A DNA stretch of 64,000 nt from Chiloscyllium plagiosum (lineage: Eukaryota): positions 28,077,307 to 28,141,306 of the forward strand of contig NC_057728.1 in the NCBI RefSeq assembly GCF_004010195.1, in the 5' to 3' direction. The position numbers and the translations under genes are program-made. The notes under the pieces were generated by a model that was not told the origin of the DNA, did no database searches, and saw nothing but the letters and a program-made list of their open reading frames with translations. This document shows positions 26,271 to 39,484 of this stretch, one piece after another (position 1 is the first letter of the stretch; every line of letters begins with the position of its first letter).

Positions 26271-27417
26271 ACTTTATGGTAAATCTAGGATTTTGGGTGA
26301 ACGTGGATGGTAGACCTCAGGGAAAGGAGATGGGATGGATGGGCTTGAGAGGCTAATGTAAAAGGTCAACAGGGTGAATGATCATGATATTGGGTGTTGC
26401 TTCTGATGGACAGAAAGGAAACATACCCTCAAAGTAGATACCTTCACAGTTCACCACTTAAGGACCTCAGTAGGGTTCAGGGTGACTGGGGATCTTAGCG
26501 CCTCCACAATCCATTGTGTTTTCAGAGGCAGGTCGAAGATGGGTGGGAAAATGGGAGGAAGGCCTCCTTTTATTTTCTGAACCTCCTACCTTCAAATATG
26601 CTGGCATATGACCATAATATCTAGCTCCATATACTCTGCATTACCAAGAATACATACTTCTTTCTCTATTTCTGCCTGTGGATCAGTTCATCTGCTGTTG
26701 AAAATCTTATCCATGCCTTGGTATTCATACACTTAACTGAACTCTTTAAACTCAAACTCAGGCCCAGTGATGCCTCATATTTGCATATTTGTACATGGCT
26801 ATGGATGGATTTATGAAAAATGTTAAAACTGAGTGTAGTTCCTGCCCCTTAAAAGGTTTTAACTGACACACACACCTACCCACCTACCTGCATATCTACC
26901 TATATGTATACCTACCTACATGCATACTTACCTACATACGACCAGCTACAACCCTTTGGTACATCTCCGAGCAGAAAACACATCATCACAACATTTCTGC
27001 TGTGAGTGCCCAGAATTAAGTTCTTGCACAAAACATAAAAACAAGCTGATGTAGTTAGCTGCTCGCAGTGCTTACTGTACTTAATTCTTGCACTTGCTGG
27101 TTCTCCTCTGTCCATTGCAGTTTTATAATGTAACACCCTTTGAACAGAAAGCTCAAGTGAACTATGCAACTTCAACTTTAACTAACACAAACAGCCGTAC
27201 ACAAACTTAGTTGACCAAACAAAACCAATGCATTGACTTTGCATTAGTTGTATCCAATAAGTACTTATCAAAATTAAATACAACACTCTCAAAAGAACTA
27301 ACTGCTAATCTTACAATGCAGTCATGACATTGGTTTAACTTCCCCTAAGTCCATTGTGTTCATGCTCTCTTTATTTCTCACTCCATTTATATTCTAAATT
27401 TGATTACTTCCTTTCAG

Positions 27418-27549
27418 TTTTGCACAGTTGAAGGCTTCATCACTGCCCTCATGGATGAATACCCTCATAGACTGAGAACCCACAAAAAGCTGTTCATTGC
27501 AGTGGTGTGCATCCTTTCATACGTCATTGGCTTATGTAACATTACTCAG
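27418..27549 (+). CDS. slc6a1: SLC6A1-like exon (end of TM8, TM9)
   Basis: tttcAG / CAG|GTATCT; 132 nt; [44 protein letters not shown]. Confidence 0.95.
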
Positions 27550-30449
27550 GTATCTTACGAATAAAATCCTTAAATTTATGTATTTGTACTGTAGACAGAT
27601 TTTATGTTAACTTATCAGGATACTTATCAGGATTGTCCTATAATTCATGATTGCTTTGACAAAGTGAGTACATTGTTCAGTTCTCTTTTTAGGAGTTCAT
27701 TTTGTGCTTGTCAAGGTGAAGCATGTGGAAAATGTAATATTCTCTTTGCATGTTTTGAACCATATGTCAGCATGGTCAATTGTAACATGGCTCAAATGCA
27801 AAGTAAAATAAGTTGCATCACATGTATTAATTGAGCTTTCTGTAATTTAATATTCTTATCTGACCATATCAGCTGCCCTTTGAGTACGCTCATTGCCAAT
27901 ATTGGCCTGTAAATGTTGAATTATCAATAGTTTTGCACAGTAGAAAAAATTTTTTTGAGCATATTCAATTCATTTCACCAGTGACCCAACAACCAGCAAA
28001 GACCAGTAATTTCTTTATAAAGATTTGAGGTAGTTTCAAAACTATAATCTGTAACACAACCAAGTTTTCTCGAATCTCTGATTCTATTTTATATGAAGTA
28101 ACTAATACATCCACAAATTCCCAATAAGCACAATTTATTTTCTTTTTTTCAGTTCCGTACATAAAGTATTTCCTATAATGATAAACTCTGGCAAGATATT
28201 AGACAAGGCATTCATGAGAGCAGGTCACTTTCAATACCAGAAATAAACTACTGAGGAAAAAGATATAAAAGACAGAGGGTTGTTCCTCTTCTAGTTGGTC
28301 TCAGTGTCACACACCATGCACTGGGCAGTTTTCTCCCAAGTTTCTACAACTACATTGTGAAAAGTTTGTTTAGAAATTTTAACATTGTAGCCTGACAAAG
28401 ACTTTCAGTTTGATTTTCACCCCTACCTGTAAGGAAGTGATTAACAGATAGTTTTGGTTTAGGAAAGTGATTAAGAGATATAGTGCTTAGCTACAATGAA
28501 ATTGTTGAAGTCATCTTCCAATGTAGAGATGAGCACAAATATTTCACAATCAATCAATGTGTTGTTCTGGTAAAACGTCTACACTTCAGCACTGGAAAAA
28601 AACAGATTGCTGAATTTACGACGGTGTAAGACACATATGTGGAGTACACAGTCATTCTCGGGAAGATAGGGTCAGTGACTTAGCATATCTGCCCTTGGCA
28701 ATCCATATACTTAAGTTGCTGTTGGTCTTGGCTGGTTTGCAAAATATGGCTTTTCTTGCAGCTGCTGTGTGAAGTAGATTGGTGGCTTACTAAACCTGAC
28801 AGATACGAGACCACAGGGTCACTGACCCATGGGCATTTACTGAGCCAATGGGCATTCAGCCTAGAGACTGGGTTGAGACTTTTGGAATCATAAGAAAATA
28901 CTGTGATGTATTAATATTATTAAATAAGAAACCAATAGAAACTTAGATTTGCTGCTACGAAGAAGAAATTGTTACAACCACCCAGGAGAAGAATAGCAGA
29001 AGAAAGAGCACAGAAGATTCTCTACCTCAAAAAAAAATCAGGACCAGGTCAGGGAGACCATTAAGACTAAACCTGTGAAGTCTGAGACTTTGGAGAGAGA
29101 TGTATCAAAGGTAAATATAGAACCGAAGACTTAAGGAGAGATTGGGAAATGGAATTAACATCAGAATCACGAAAGATGAAGTAACGATCATGTCAAAGTC
29201 AAATGAGTAGTTGATATTGCATAGTACAGATTTTCTAACTTCACAAGAAGAGAACACTTCTAAAGATCTAACTGTAAATAATGAATTATTGCAAAGAAGA
29301 AGACCATTGACTCCAGCAGCCCACATCTGGGAGACAAAACAATCCCACACCCAAACAATACAAGCAAACATGGACCACAGCTAGAGTACTGTGAGCACCT
29401 CAGGGCACCACACCATAAGAAGAATACATTGATCTTGAAAGGTCTAGTTTTATTATAATGATACCTAATCACCAAACTTTTTTTTGCATCGAGATTTCTC
29501 TGGACTAGTCCTATCAGGATATCAGAATGAAATTCTCTCTACTGTATATGTATCCTAAATGTATCTCTTGAATCAGTATGGAACTGTGTTTTCTTGTTCT
29601 CCACTCTCATAGACCACACTGCTAGTCCATGGCGCTCACGTCTTATTCCCCATCTTGGACATTTCACTTGTTTTTATATTTTCCTGTAGTCCTGCCTGCA
29701 TGTCCTATTGTCATGATTACTCTCTAGACATCTGACTGCAGGTAGGTAAAATACTTGTGACCCTACTTTCGGCGAAAGATCCTCACGAGATTACTTATTC
29801 ACATTCTTCACTATCAGCACATGTATTGGTATGTATTTCTTAAGTTCTAACGTCCTATCGCTCTGGTCCAAACTTTAGAACTCATGAGTGTCCGAAGTGT
29901 ATAGTGCTTCATTGTCAACACCTTCTCCCATGCTCTCAGAGTTTAATTGTCCCCCCTACTCATGAGCAATGTACCTTTACAGTCTGATTGCTGTTATATA
30001 ATGGATGTTTTCCCATCACATTCACTAACTTTTCTTGGCCCTTTCCTCACCCTGTATTCTTCTCTCATACAGTTAGCCATGTTACCTGGTCTGAAATTTC
30101 CCTCTTACTGCTTCAACTTTAAAAAATACTTTTCTCACAGTGTGAGATTCATTTAGTTAGATAAAAAATAATTGAGTTGATCATTGTTCATTCTAATGCT
30201 GAAAGATTGTCAAGCAGTACTGAAGGCAATTTTGACATATGACCATTTCCTAATTAGTATTGGATATACCTCTCCAGAAATCTGTAAAGGATACTTTTTG
30301 CATGTACTGCATGTGTAAGTAAAGTTTGTAAATTAAGTTTAGCTGATCTGGCAATATTTTGTGCACCACACATCAATTTTTGCATCCTTTCTTTTGCGCA
30401 AGCCAGTGCTGAATAGACATTGTGCGGCAGTAGGCATTACAATAATATT

Positions 30450-30591
30450 CCTGAATAAGGGCTTCCTGAAGAAGGGCTTATGCCCGAAACGTCAATTCTC
30501 CTGTTCCCTGGATGCTGCCTGACCTGCTGCGCTTTTCCAGCAACACATTTCCAGCTCTGATCTCCAGCATCTGCAGACCTCACTTTCTCCC
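30450..30591 (+). mobile_element. Penelope-derived short element (family B) with 15-bp TSD, inserted in the Copia integrase
   Basis: TSD CATTACAATAATATT at 30435-30449 and 30592-30606; same family as 41204, 43324 and 58574. Confidence 0.85.
30463..30497 (+). ncRNA. Minimal type-I hammerhead ribozyme motif (putative)
   Basis: CTGAAGA-A-GGGC ttat GCCC-GAAA-CGTC: perfect 4-bp stem II, palindromic ACGT stem III, GUC triplet ending at 30493; stem I is weak in this copy. Confidence 0.65.
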
Positions 30592-32395
30592 CATTACAAT
30601 AATATTTAACTTCTCAAACATGATCTGAAGTTTGTCATTTACAAAATTACCCCGGTTGTCATATCTATATAAAGTAATAGTTAGACGTCCCACTTTTTGC
30701 TCCATGTGCTCTTCAGATCCAGAACTACTAATTCATTAAATTCCTGAGTTCAGGAACACTTAAAACTGGGTGTGATGATGCTTATAAAGCTAATACATTG
30801 CAATGTGATCTGATCTAAAGGGATTCATATTCTTCATTCATACCTCTGGCAGCTTTTAACATTAGCTTTGTTTTTGTGAGGATGGATGAGCAAATTGTTT
30901 GCGCAATTTCCATATAATCTTTTTAGCTGCACTGGTCAATAACACTTTTTGGAACTCTTGATGAGAAACTCCAGATTTTATCAATAGAATACAATAATGT
31001 CCAGATCTTGTGAATTCCAAGTTTACTTTTTTTACAATTACAAATGCTTTATTGTTCTCCATGCCAAATGCATTTTAATTTTGTTTCATTGAAGTCTTAC
31101 TCAGCAATAATGGCAGTGCTTACAAAATGTTCTAGCCATACAATTTCACAAGCAATAACAAATTGCGAAACTGATAACAAATTATTTCTGAGTTGAATCC
31201 AGGCAGTGCTTTCATATTCCTTGGCTCTGTTTTACTTTGTTTTGTTCAGGGTTTTCAGTTCAGCCAATTGATGCCACACCCTGTTGGGGTACACCCACTG
31301 CCTGCTACAAAGCAATTGAATGAATCAGCACTTGAGAAACTCATGCGCTGACTTATGTCTTCAATCATTAACAGAATCTTTTCTTGTTATTCAGTCTGAT
31401 CATATTCACCCATCTGTTTCATGAGTTGCTTCAAAAACTTGACTTCAAATAGTGATCCGTGGACAATTCCTGACATTGTGATATTTAGATTCACACTGGA
31501 AACGTGTACTAACTATTCCCCATAGACTTCTGGAAATCATTTATTGTCTGATATTTTCTCTTAATTCAGAAATTCAAGGAACAACTCCCTTCAAAAGGAA
31601 CAAAGGAGGGGATTAAGTCAAAGTGTTGTTGGAGGGAGCATTCCCATCACGTGTGGCACCGACTTGTCTCTAAAAGCTTTGATATATGAGATCAGATCTT
31701 TTTTCCAACAACGTAACTAATCACTCAGTGAATGAATTACAGACACTGCCCAGCAATGGTATAAACTCAGTTCTTTTTAAGAAGCTCAAGAATAAGTTAT
31801 CTAATCACCCAATTAATCAATTACAAACACTCCCGAGGAGCAGTGTAACAACAACAGAAAGTCAAGAAGATAACTGAGCTCTTTTTTTTAAGTTAAATAA
31901 ACCGCCAATTTAACTAAACTCCCAATAAACAAATTACATCACTGCCCTGTAGAGGCAAAATTATGACTTTTCATTGTTTGACCAGCAAACAAATTTGTGC
32001 CATGGGCAGTGTGATAATTGAATCACAGCCATAAGACCACCAGGGATGGTAAGAGAGACACATGATTCTAAAATTAAGGAAATGTTAGATAGGCTACAAA
32101 ATCACTTTGCAATTATTTTAATCAACCTATTTGGGCACACTATAACACATTGTGGAAAAAATAATGCACCACGACCCCTGCAGTGCCGAACTCCCTCTAA
32201 AGGCTTCACCCATATGAATTAAATTCTTTCTTTTATTTCAAGAACCTATCACCAAATCATCCAATTACCATATGCTACTCCCCCCAGCACCCCAATCCTG
32301 CTTATGACTTAGATATTTTCTATTCAACCTGTATTACCCCCCTCGAGAACAGATGGGACTTGAGCCTAAGCCTCCTAGCTTGGAGGTGGGAAAGC

Positions 32396-32684
32396 GGGCA
32401 GCATGGTGGTACAGTGGGCTAGCACTGCTGCTTCACAGGGCCAGAGACCTGGGTTCAATTCCTGCCTCAGGCAACTGCCTGTGTAGAGTTTGCACATTCT
32501 CCCCGTGTCTGCGTGGGTTTCCTCCCACAGTCCAAAAATGTGCAGGTTAGGTGAATTGGCCATGCTAAATTTCCCACAGTATTAGGTGTAGGGGAATGGG
32601 TCTGGGTGGGTTGCTCTTCGGAGGGTCAGTGTGGACTTGTTGGGCTGAAGGGCCTGTTTCCACACTGTAAGTAATCTAATCTAA
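32396..32684 (+). mobile_element. HE1-type V-SINE (tRNA-derived), nearly full length
   Basis: A-box-like TGGTACAGTGG, B box GGTTCAATTCC, V domain gtttgcacattctccccgtgtctgcgtgggtttcctcc, 3' tail shared with CR1 (gaagggcctgtttccacactg), (TAATC)n end. Confidence 0.9.
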
Positions 32685-33329
32685 ACTACCATTGTACAAG
32701 AACCCCAGAGTGTTTATGATTTTTTTTTCCTTTTTCATATATCTGGAAGTGTTCTTAAAGCTGTGTTTTATTTCCTATCTCCAAATTCCCTGTGGTATTT
32801 TTTCATCTACTAGCCACAATCACTAAATTGCCTGTGTTCTCCAGCTGATTAATTTACATGCAAAGCCCTTTAAGGGCAGTACAGATCATTAACAGTAATG
32901 GGGCATTAGGGAATTTGGAAAGGGTTAACCCAAAAAAGGAGTTGGAGTTTATGACTTTTTAAAGATTTCTTCTTTTCTCTTTTTATATCCGGGAATACTA
33001 TCACACACAACCAAACATTTTTCCCACTACCGAATCACTTGTAGTAGGTTTGATTTGATGTTTTTCAATGTCCAGAAGTGCTCTTAGACATAACTGAGCA
33101 TTTCTTGCATCACAAAATCACCCATGCTATTTTTTTCTGCCTTGTAACCACCTCCAGTAAATCATCATGTTTTCTAATTAATTAATTTGTGTGCATAGCT
33201 TTTGAGGACAATTCAAACCATCAAAGGTACGGGGAGTTAGGGAGAGATGGAAAGGGCTAAATCAAAATGGAGTTGGAAGGGGCATGCTTATTACCTGAAT
33301 ACAAAGTTAAATGAGTATTGCCTGTTCTC

Positions 33330-34610
33330 AATCAACTTTGGAGCTCATCTATTTGGTCATTAAAGAGACATGCATCTTGACAACTGAAGTTCAATTTGGG
33401 TTCTGCCAGGAAAACTTTGTTCTTGAGCTCATGACAAGTTTGATTCAAAAAAAGGACAAAACAACTAAACTCCAAAAGTGAGCTGAGAGTGATCGTCCTG
33501 GGTGTGGCATCAAGGACCCCTAGCAAAACTGGAATCAGTGGAATTCAGGAGAAATTAATCCACTAGTTGAAATCATACCTGACACAGAGGATGATGGTGG
33601 TAGGTATTCGTGGCCAGTCATCTCAGCACCAAGACATCTCTCCAGAAGTTCTGCAAGGCAGTGTCCGAGGCCCAGTCATCATTGGCTGCTTCATCAATGA
33701 CCTTCCCTTCATCATAAGGTCAGAAGTAGAGATGTTTGCTAATGATTGCACAATTTTTAGCACCATTTGCTACTCTTCAGTTACTGATGCAGTCCAAGCA
33801 CAAATGCAGCAAGACCAGGCAACAAACCAGCTTAGTGAGAAGTGCAAGTGACATTTACACCTCAAAAATGCCAAGCAATGACAGTGTTCAACCAGCAAGA
33901 AACTAACTATCCCTGCTTGATATTCGATGGCATTGCCATTGCTGAATCTCCCACTATCTCCCTTTACAGAGGGAGCTACCATTAACCAGAAACTGAACTG
34001 GACCAAATGTTCAAATACTTTGGGCCCAAGAGCAAGTCAGAGGCTAGGAATGTTACAGTGAGTGACTCATCTCCTAACTCAACAGAAGCCTGTCCACTAT
34101 CTAAAGGTACAAGTCAAGAGTGTGATGGAATACACCCCCCCACTAATCTGGATGAATGCAGCTCCATTAACACTCAAGATACTTGACATCATCCAGGACA
34201 AAGCAGTCCATTTATTGGCAGCAATTCACAAATATTCACTGTCTCCATCCCATGGTACTGCAGCTACAGTGTGCACCATCTACAAGATGCACTGCGGAAA
34301 TTCACAAGGATCCTCAGACAGCACCTTCCAAACCCATGACCACTTCCATCTAGAATGATAAAATCAGCAGATACATGGGAGCACTTACACCTGCAAATTC
34401 CCCTCCAGACCACTCACTATCCTGACTTGGAAATATGTTGCTGTTCTTTCAGTGCTGCTGAATCAAAATGCTGGAATTTCACCATCCCTCACCAGTAGCA
34501 TTGCGGCTGTACCTTCACTAAATGGACTACAGCAGTTAAAGAAGGCACCTTCTCATGGGCAATAAATGGGGGTCAATAAATGATGTCATAGCTAGCTATG
34601 CCCAGATTCA
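33330..34610 (+). mobile_element. Old CR1-group LINE of a second family, 3' portion
   Basis: SYLTQRMMVVGIRGQSS...LQGSV.GP....FINDLP...MFANDCTIF; KVQVKSVMEY; homologous to 37200-38930. Confidence 0.8.
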
Positions 34611-34624
34611 GTAACAATATAAAA

Positions 34625-35340
34625 TGTGGACATGTTTACCTATGATGAAGGGTTGAAGAGGCAAGGCTTTTATCCCCTGGAGATGAGAAGAAGAAGAGAT
34701 AAAGATTAGATTAGATTAGATTAGATTCTCTACAGTGTGGAAACAGGCCTTTCAGCCCAACAAGTCCACACCGCCCCTCTGAAGAGAAACCCATCCAAAC
34801 CCATTCCCCTATCCTATATTTACCCCTGACTAACACTGTGGGCAATTTAGCATGGCCAATTCACCTGACCTGCATATCTTTGGATTGTGGGAGGAAACCA
34901 GAGCATCCGGAGGAAACCCATGCAGACACAGGGAGAATGTGCAAACTCCACACAGATAGGAGGGAATAAAGTTAATTGAAACATATAAGATACTGTGGGA
35001 TTTTGATCAGGTGCATGTTGAAAGCATGTTTCCAGTTGTGGAACAATCTAAAATTAGGGGTCACTGCTTTTAAGGTTTCACCTATTTCAGACAGAGATAA
35101 GAATTTTATTTTCTCAAAGTAGGCTGTGAGTCTTTGGAACTCTCCTCCTCAAAAAGTGGGAGAAGCAGATGTTTTAAATCTTTTCAAAGCAGAAGAGGAT
35201 AGATTCTTGATAAACAAAGGGTTGAAAAGTTGTTGGGGTAGGCAGGAATGTGGAGTGATCCAATCAAGCCTTGATCTTATTGAATGGTGGAGCAGGCTGA
35301 AGGGCCATCTGGCCTACTCCTGCTCTGATTTTGTATATTT
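34625..35340 (+). mobile_element. Old CR1 3' fragment interrupted by a SINE
   Basis: tatgatgaagggttgaagagg..., SLWNSPPQK, 3' UTR ggcctactcctgctc. Confidence 0.7.
34704..34958 (-). mobile_element. HE1-type V-SINE, 5'-truncated
   Basis: (GATTA)n tail; reverse complement of the V domain (ggaggaaacccatgcagacacagggagaatgtgcaaactcc). Confidence 0.88.
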
Positions 35341-35492
35341 GTGTGTCTGTTCATGTGTTGGCATTGTGGGATAGCTACAGTTGACCTATATTCTGAAATG
35401 TTTTACAGATAATGTGCTGAGAAGATATTTTTAAATTGAATTTGTAATTCATATTTCAACTTTGCATCTCTAAATTTTCTTTCTCAACACAG

Positions 35493-35595
35493 GGTGGTCT
35501 CTACATGTTCAAGTTGTTTGACTATTATTCTGCCAGTGGCATGACTCTCCTCTTTCTGGTATTCTTTGAGACTATCTCAATATCGTGGTTTTATG
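35493..35595 (+). CDS. slc6a1: SLC6A1-like exon (TM10)
   Basis: acacAG / G|GTTAGT; 103 nt; [34 protein letters not shown](G). Confidence 0.95.
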
Positions 35596-37204
35596 GTTAG
35601 TGACTGTTTTAAATAAAATCCTATGTTAGTTTTATTAGGAAACATTGTGACTCATGTTAATGTAAAATTGCAGTCAGATATGGGAGGAGAGAACAGCTTA
35701 ATAGTAAACCTAGATATATATTTCAGGTTAAATGGCTCTCTACAGACTCTCCTGCTATGGAGCAACAAACTATTATGATTATTACTAAAAATCTAGATAT
35801 AAATAGATATCATGAAGTAATTTCATCTTTTAACCTCATGCCAAAAGGCTCATGGAATGACAGGACATGCTTTTTAATTCTTCACAGGACCTCATGGTGT
35901 AATGAAGGGGAAGTGCTCAACAGAATGCTCTTCTCTAAAGCTATAGTCATTTTTAGTCTGCTGTTGGGTGCTGCCTGGTGATGCTTACAGCCTAATATTA
36001 CCTGACACTCGGGAGAAAGCATCTTGCTTGCTGGCCCAGAATCAGGAAACACCTAGGAGTGGAAATCAATCTTCAGCATTTTCCCCTCTGAATCTCTAAT
36101 TCATGTTTGCTTTCTTGTCAATAATCTTGTTAACTTTGCATCACAACGATACATCTTGCCTAAATCATATAGCAATGTTTGTGGGGTAAAGTTAAGCTGG
36201 CTAAGTGTTTCATTTGGTTTGATTCGAAGACCCTTTTGTTCACACAGCAGAAACTTAGAGGAAGGCATAGGTCTACTGTGAGGAAAAAAAGACAACTCAG
36301 CAAGATTTCCTCCACTTCCTGTCACTGGGATTAACTGTCCTTGTAATAAGTTACAGTTGTGACAACTGATCCACAATGATCTGAGATTTCTGGAGTTCTG
36401 TTTAGATTACTTTCTGCTCATCAGTTGTAAAATTGTTGCCTTATTTTGTTACAAGGCAACTTTCAAACATTCTCTCCTGTGAGGTTCTTTATAATGTATG
36501 TATAATCATTATTAATTCTGAATGAGAATGCATATTAATTTGGTGTCTTTCTGCAATGTCCAGAACTTAACATGGCCATTAAAGGTGACATTGTAAGGTT
36601 TACACTGGGTATCCCATTTTAGGTGTGCCAGTGGTGAAGACACTTAACGTAATTTACATTCCTAGTCATTGTCCAACCAATGTACTCTTGGATGAGTGCC
36701 ACTAATGACAGTCCATTATTCACCTAGCTAAAGTTATTTTCAATCATTTATTTTTTACTTTTTGCAGCAGTAGTATCACAACTTCTATATGAGTTTCCAA
36801 AATATTTGCTCACCCAATTAAGTGTAATACTCTTTTAATAACTAGACATTCTTGAGCATGCTAAGCCAAACTAATAATGTTTTCACAGCAACACCCAAAA
36901 TTGTTTTATCAAAAAACAAAGGACTGTAAGTATTGTTAGTTAGGAAGGAGTCTCTATGCTCATTCCATATGCAGTATATTTTGGGATATAATCTAAAAGC
37001 CAAAGAAGAGGTAAATTGTAATCTTCACAGTTTACACTACAACCTGTAGTTCTGTGATCACAAGGCAGTACAGTTATGCATAATACAATCAGGTTATTCT
37101 TTGGAAGCTCAGTTGGAAATGATCCCTGAAGAAATTCTTTTACCAGTCAATGTGAAACATTTTTTTTGCCTAAATCAGATTTCAAATCAAAGAAAATGTG
37201 TAAA

Positions 37205-38930
37205 ACAACAACAGCCAGAAGTACTGAGTAAGTGATTGATTTTGGTTTTCTCCAGAGACCCATGTCAGATACCAGTCTTTATCCAGTTCGATTCACTCCA
37301 CATGATATCAAGAAATGTCTGAATTCACTGGATACCACTTTGTCCATGGGCTTAAAACATTCCAATGATAACATTGAATACATGTGCCCCAGAACTGGTC
37401 AAGCCCTAAACCAACCTAGTCTAACTGCAGCTATAACATTGGCATCTATCCGGCAATGTGAAAAATTGCCCAGCCATGTACTGTGCACAAAAAGCAGGAC
37501 AAGTCTAATCTAGTTTATTCTTAATCCTCAGCAATGTGATGAAAAGAGTGATTGACCGTGCTATAAAGTGGCATTTGCAAAGTAATAACCTGCTCACTGA
37601 TGTTCAATTTTGGTTCTGCCAGGAACACTCAACTCAAGATCCCATTTTAGACTTGGTCCAAATGTGCACATAAAATGCTCAACTTCAGAAGTGAACTGAA
37701 ATCTGACTATCCTCCACATCAACATAGCATTTGATGGAGTATGATATGAAGCAGGCCTAGAAAAACTGGAGTCCATGGTAATCAGGGATAATGCTCCCTG
37801 GATAGAATAATTCTGAGCACAAAGGAAGATGGTTGTGGTTGTTAACGGCCAATCATCTCAGCTGCAGGACATCATTTTATGGGTCCCTGAGGTAGAGTTG
37901 CAGACCCAACCATCTTCAGCTGCTTTATCACTGACATTACTTCCATCAAAAGGTCAGTGGTGGGGATGTTTGCTGATGATTGCACTATGTTCAGCACCTC
38001 AGATATTGACACACATCCATATGCTATAGGGCTTAGACACTATTAACGCTTGGGCTGATAGGTGGCATCACAAAAGTACCAGGCAATGTTCATCTCAAAC
38101 AAGAGTGAATCTAACCATCACCATACTGTACTTCCATCACTGATTCCCCAACTACCCTAGAGGTTACCATTCTTCAGAAACTGAATTGGAATCACCATAT
38201 AAATACTTTGACCATGAGAGCAAATCAGAGGCTAGGAATTTGATGAGTAAATAACTCACCTCCCATTTCTGTAAAGCTTGTCCACCATCACCTCACTTGC
38301 CTGAATGAGTGCAGCTTCCATAACATTCAAGAAGCTTGCCATTAACAAGGACAAGGCAGCCTACTTGATTGGTAACCCAATCACAATCTTCAAGATTCAC
38401 TTTCTTCACTTTTGATGCATGGTTGCAATAGTATGTACCATCTACAAGATGCACTGTAGGAATTCGCAAGACCACTTTGACAACACTTTCCAAATCTGCA
38501 ACCTCTATCATAAATAGAAACAAAATACTGTGGATACTGGAATTCTGGGAATTGTGAAATAAGAACCAAATATTGAAGAAACTCAGCAGTGTGGTAGCAT
38601 CTGTGAAGAGAGAAACAGAATTAACACTTTGAGTTCAGTATGATTCTTTTCAAGAACCTTTATTACCTTGTATGACAAGGGCAGCAAATACACAGGTATA
38701 AACACTTTCAAGTTCCCTTTCAAACACATCCCATCTGGACTTTGAAATGTATCACTGTTCCTTCAATGTCACCACTTCAAAATTCTGGAGTTCCTTCTGA
38801 ACACTACCTTGGATTTTTTTACCCAAAAACTGCAGCAGTTCAAGAAGACAGCTAATCACTGCCTTCTCCAAAGCAATTAGAGATAGACAATAAATATTAG
38901 TTTAGCCAGTGATACCTGCAACCCATGAAT
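37205..38930 (+). mobile_element. Old CR1-group LINE, same family as 33330-34610
   Basis: VRFTPHDIKKCL, MVVVVNGQSSQLQDI, atgtttgctgatgattgcac, accatctacaagatgcactg shared with the earlier copy. Confidence 0.75.
38515..38656 (-). mobile_element. Degenerate Penelope-derived short element (family D) nested in the LINE
   Basis: aaacaaaatactgtggatactggaatt...gaagaaactcagcag...gcatctgtgaagagagaaacagaattaacac. Confidence 0.55.
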
Positions 38931-39383
38931 GATTTTTTAAAAAATCCATTTGCTTTGTTTGAGACCTTGAATGTAATAAGAGTTCCCAAAGTTCTTCATA
39001 GGCATTAGGGAACCATATTGCATACTAAGTCATATAAGAAAACAGCAGATCAAAAGCTTGATCAAAGTGGTACATTTTAGGAGGAAGAAAATAAGGAAAA
39101 GAGGAACAGGTATTAAGGGAAGAATTCCAAAGCTTCGGAGGTAGGAAGTTGAAAGCATCATCACCAGTAGTGGGGCCATTAAAATCAAGTATGGTTAATA
39201 GGTCATAATTGCAGAATGCAGAGATGGTTGCTTGTAGGGCTGAAGAAGATTGTTGAGATAGGATAGGATGGAGTAAGGTTTGGAAATATCTTGAAAATGA
39301 AAATGAGAATTCTGAAATGGGATTGAAATTTTCTGGAAAGATTGATGTCCAAGGGCTATAATTTTTTATATTGTTTTTCACAG

Positions 39384-39484
39384 GAGTTAACAAGTTCTAT
39401 AAAAACATTGAGGAAATGATTGGGTACAAGCCATGCATATGGTGGAAGCTTTGTTGGGTATATTTTACTCCTATTGTAGTTATG
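39384..39484 (+). CDS. slc6a1: SLC6A1-like exon (IL5, TM11)
   Basis: tcacAG / ATG|GTAAGA; 101 nt; [33 protein letters not shown]. Confidence 0.95.

Larger units (their letters stand above)
29480..31560 (-). mobile_element. Ty1/Copia LTR-retrotransposon internal remnant, heavily decayed
   Basis: In order on the - strand: gag knuckle (FQCESKYHNVRNCP ~31450-31500), protease-like DSFNCFVAGSGCT..CGINWL (~31265-31330), SGHYCI and KLRKQFAHPS (30862-31062), integrase DNRGNFVND (~30630-30660) and KLPSVLLDNLSALE; integrase directly after protease is the Copia order. Confidence 0.7.

Noticed and set aside
23001-27390. Identical CTCCATTTAT upstream of two splice acceptors (23001 and 27381)
   Set aside because: A short AT/pyrimidine-rich word at different distances from the AG; likely chance
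28400-29250. LTR-like sequence next to the Copia remnant
   Set aside because: No second copy, PBS, PPT or TG..CA boundary could be identified with confidence
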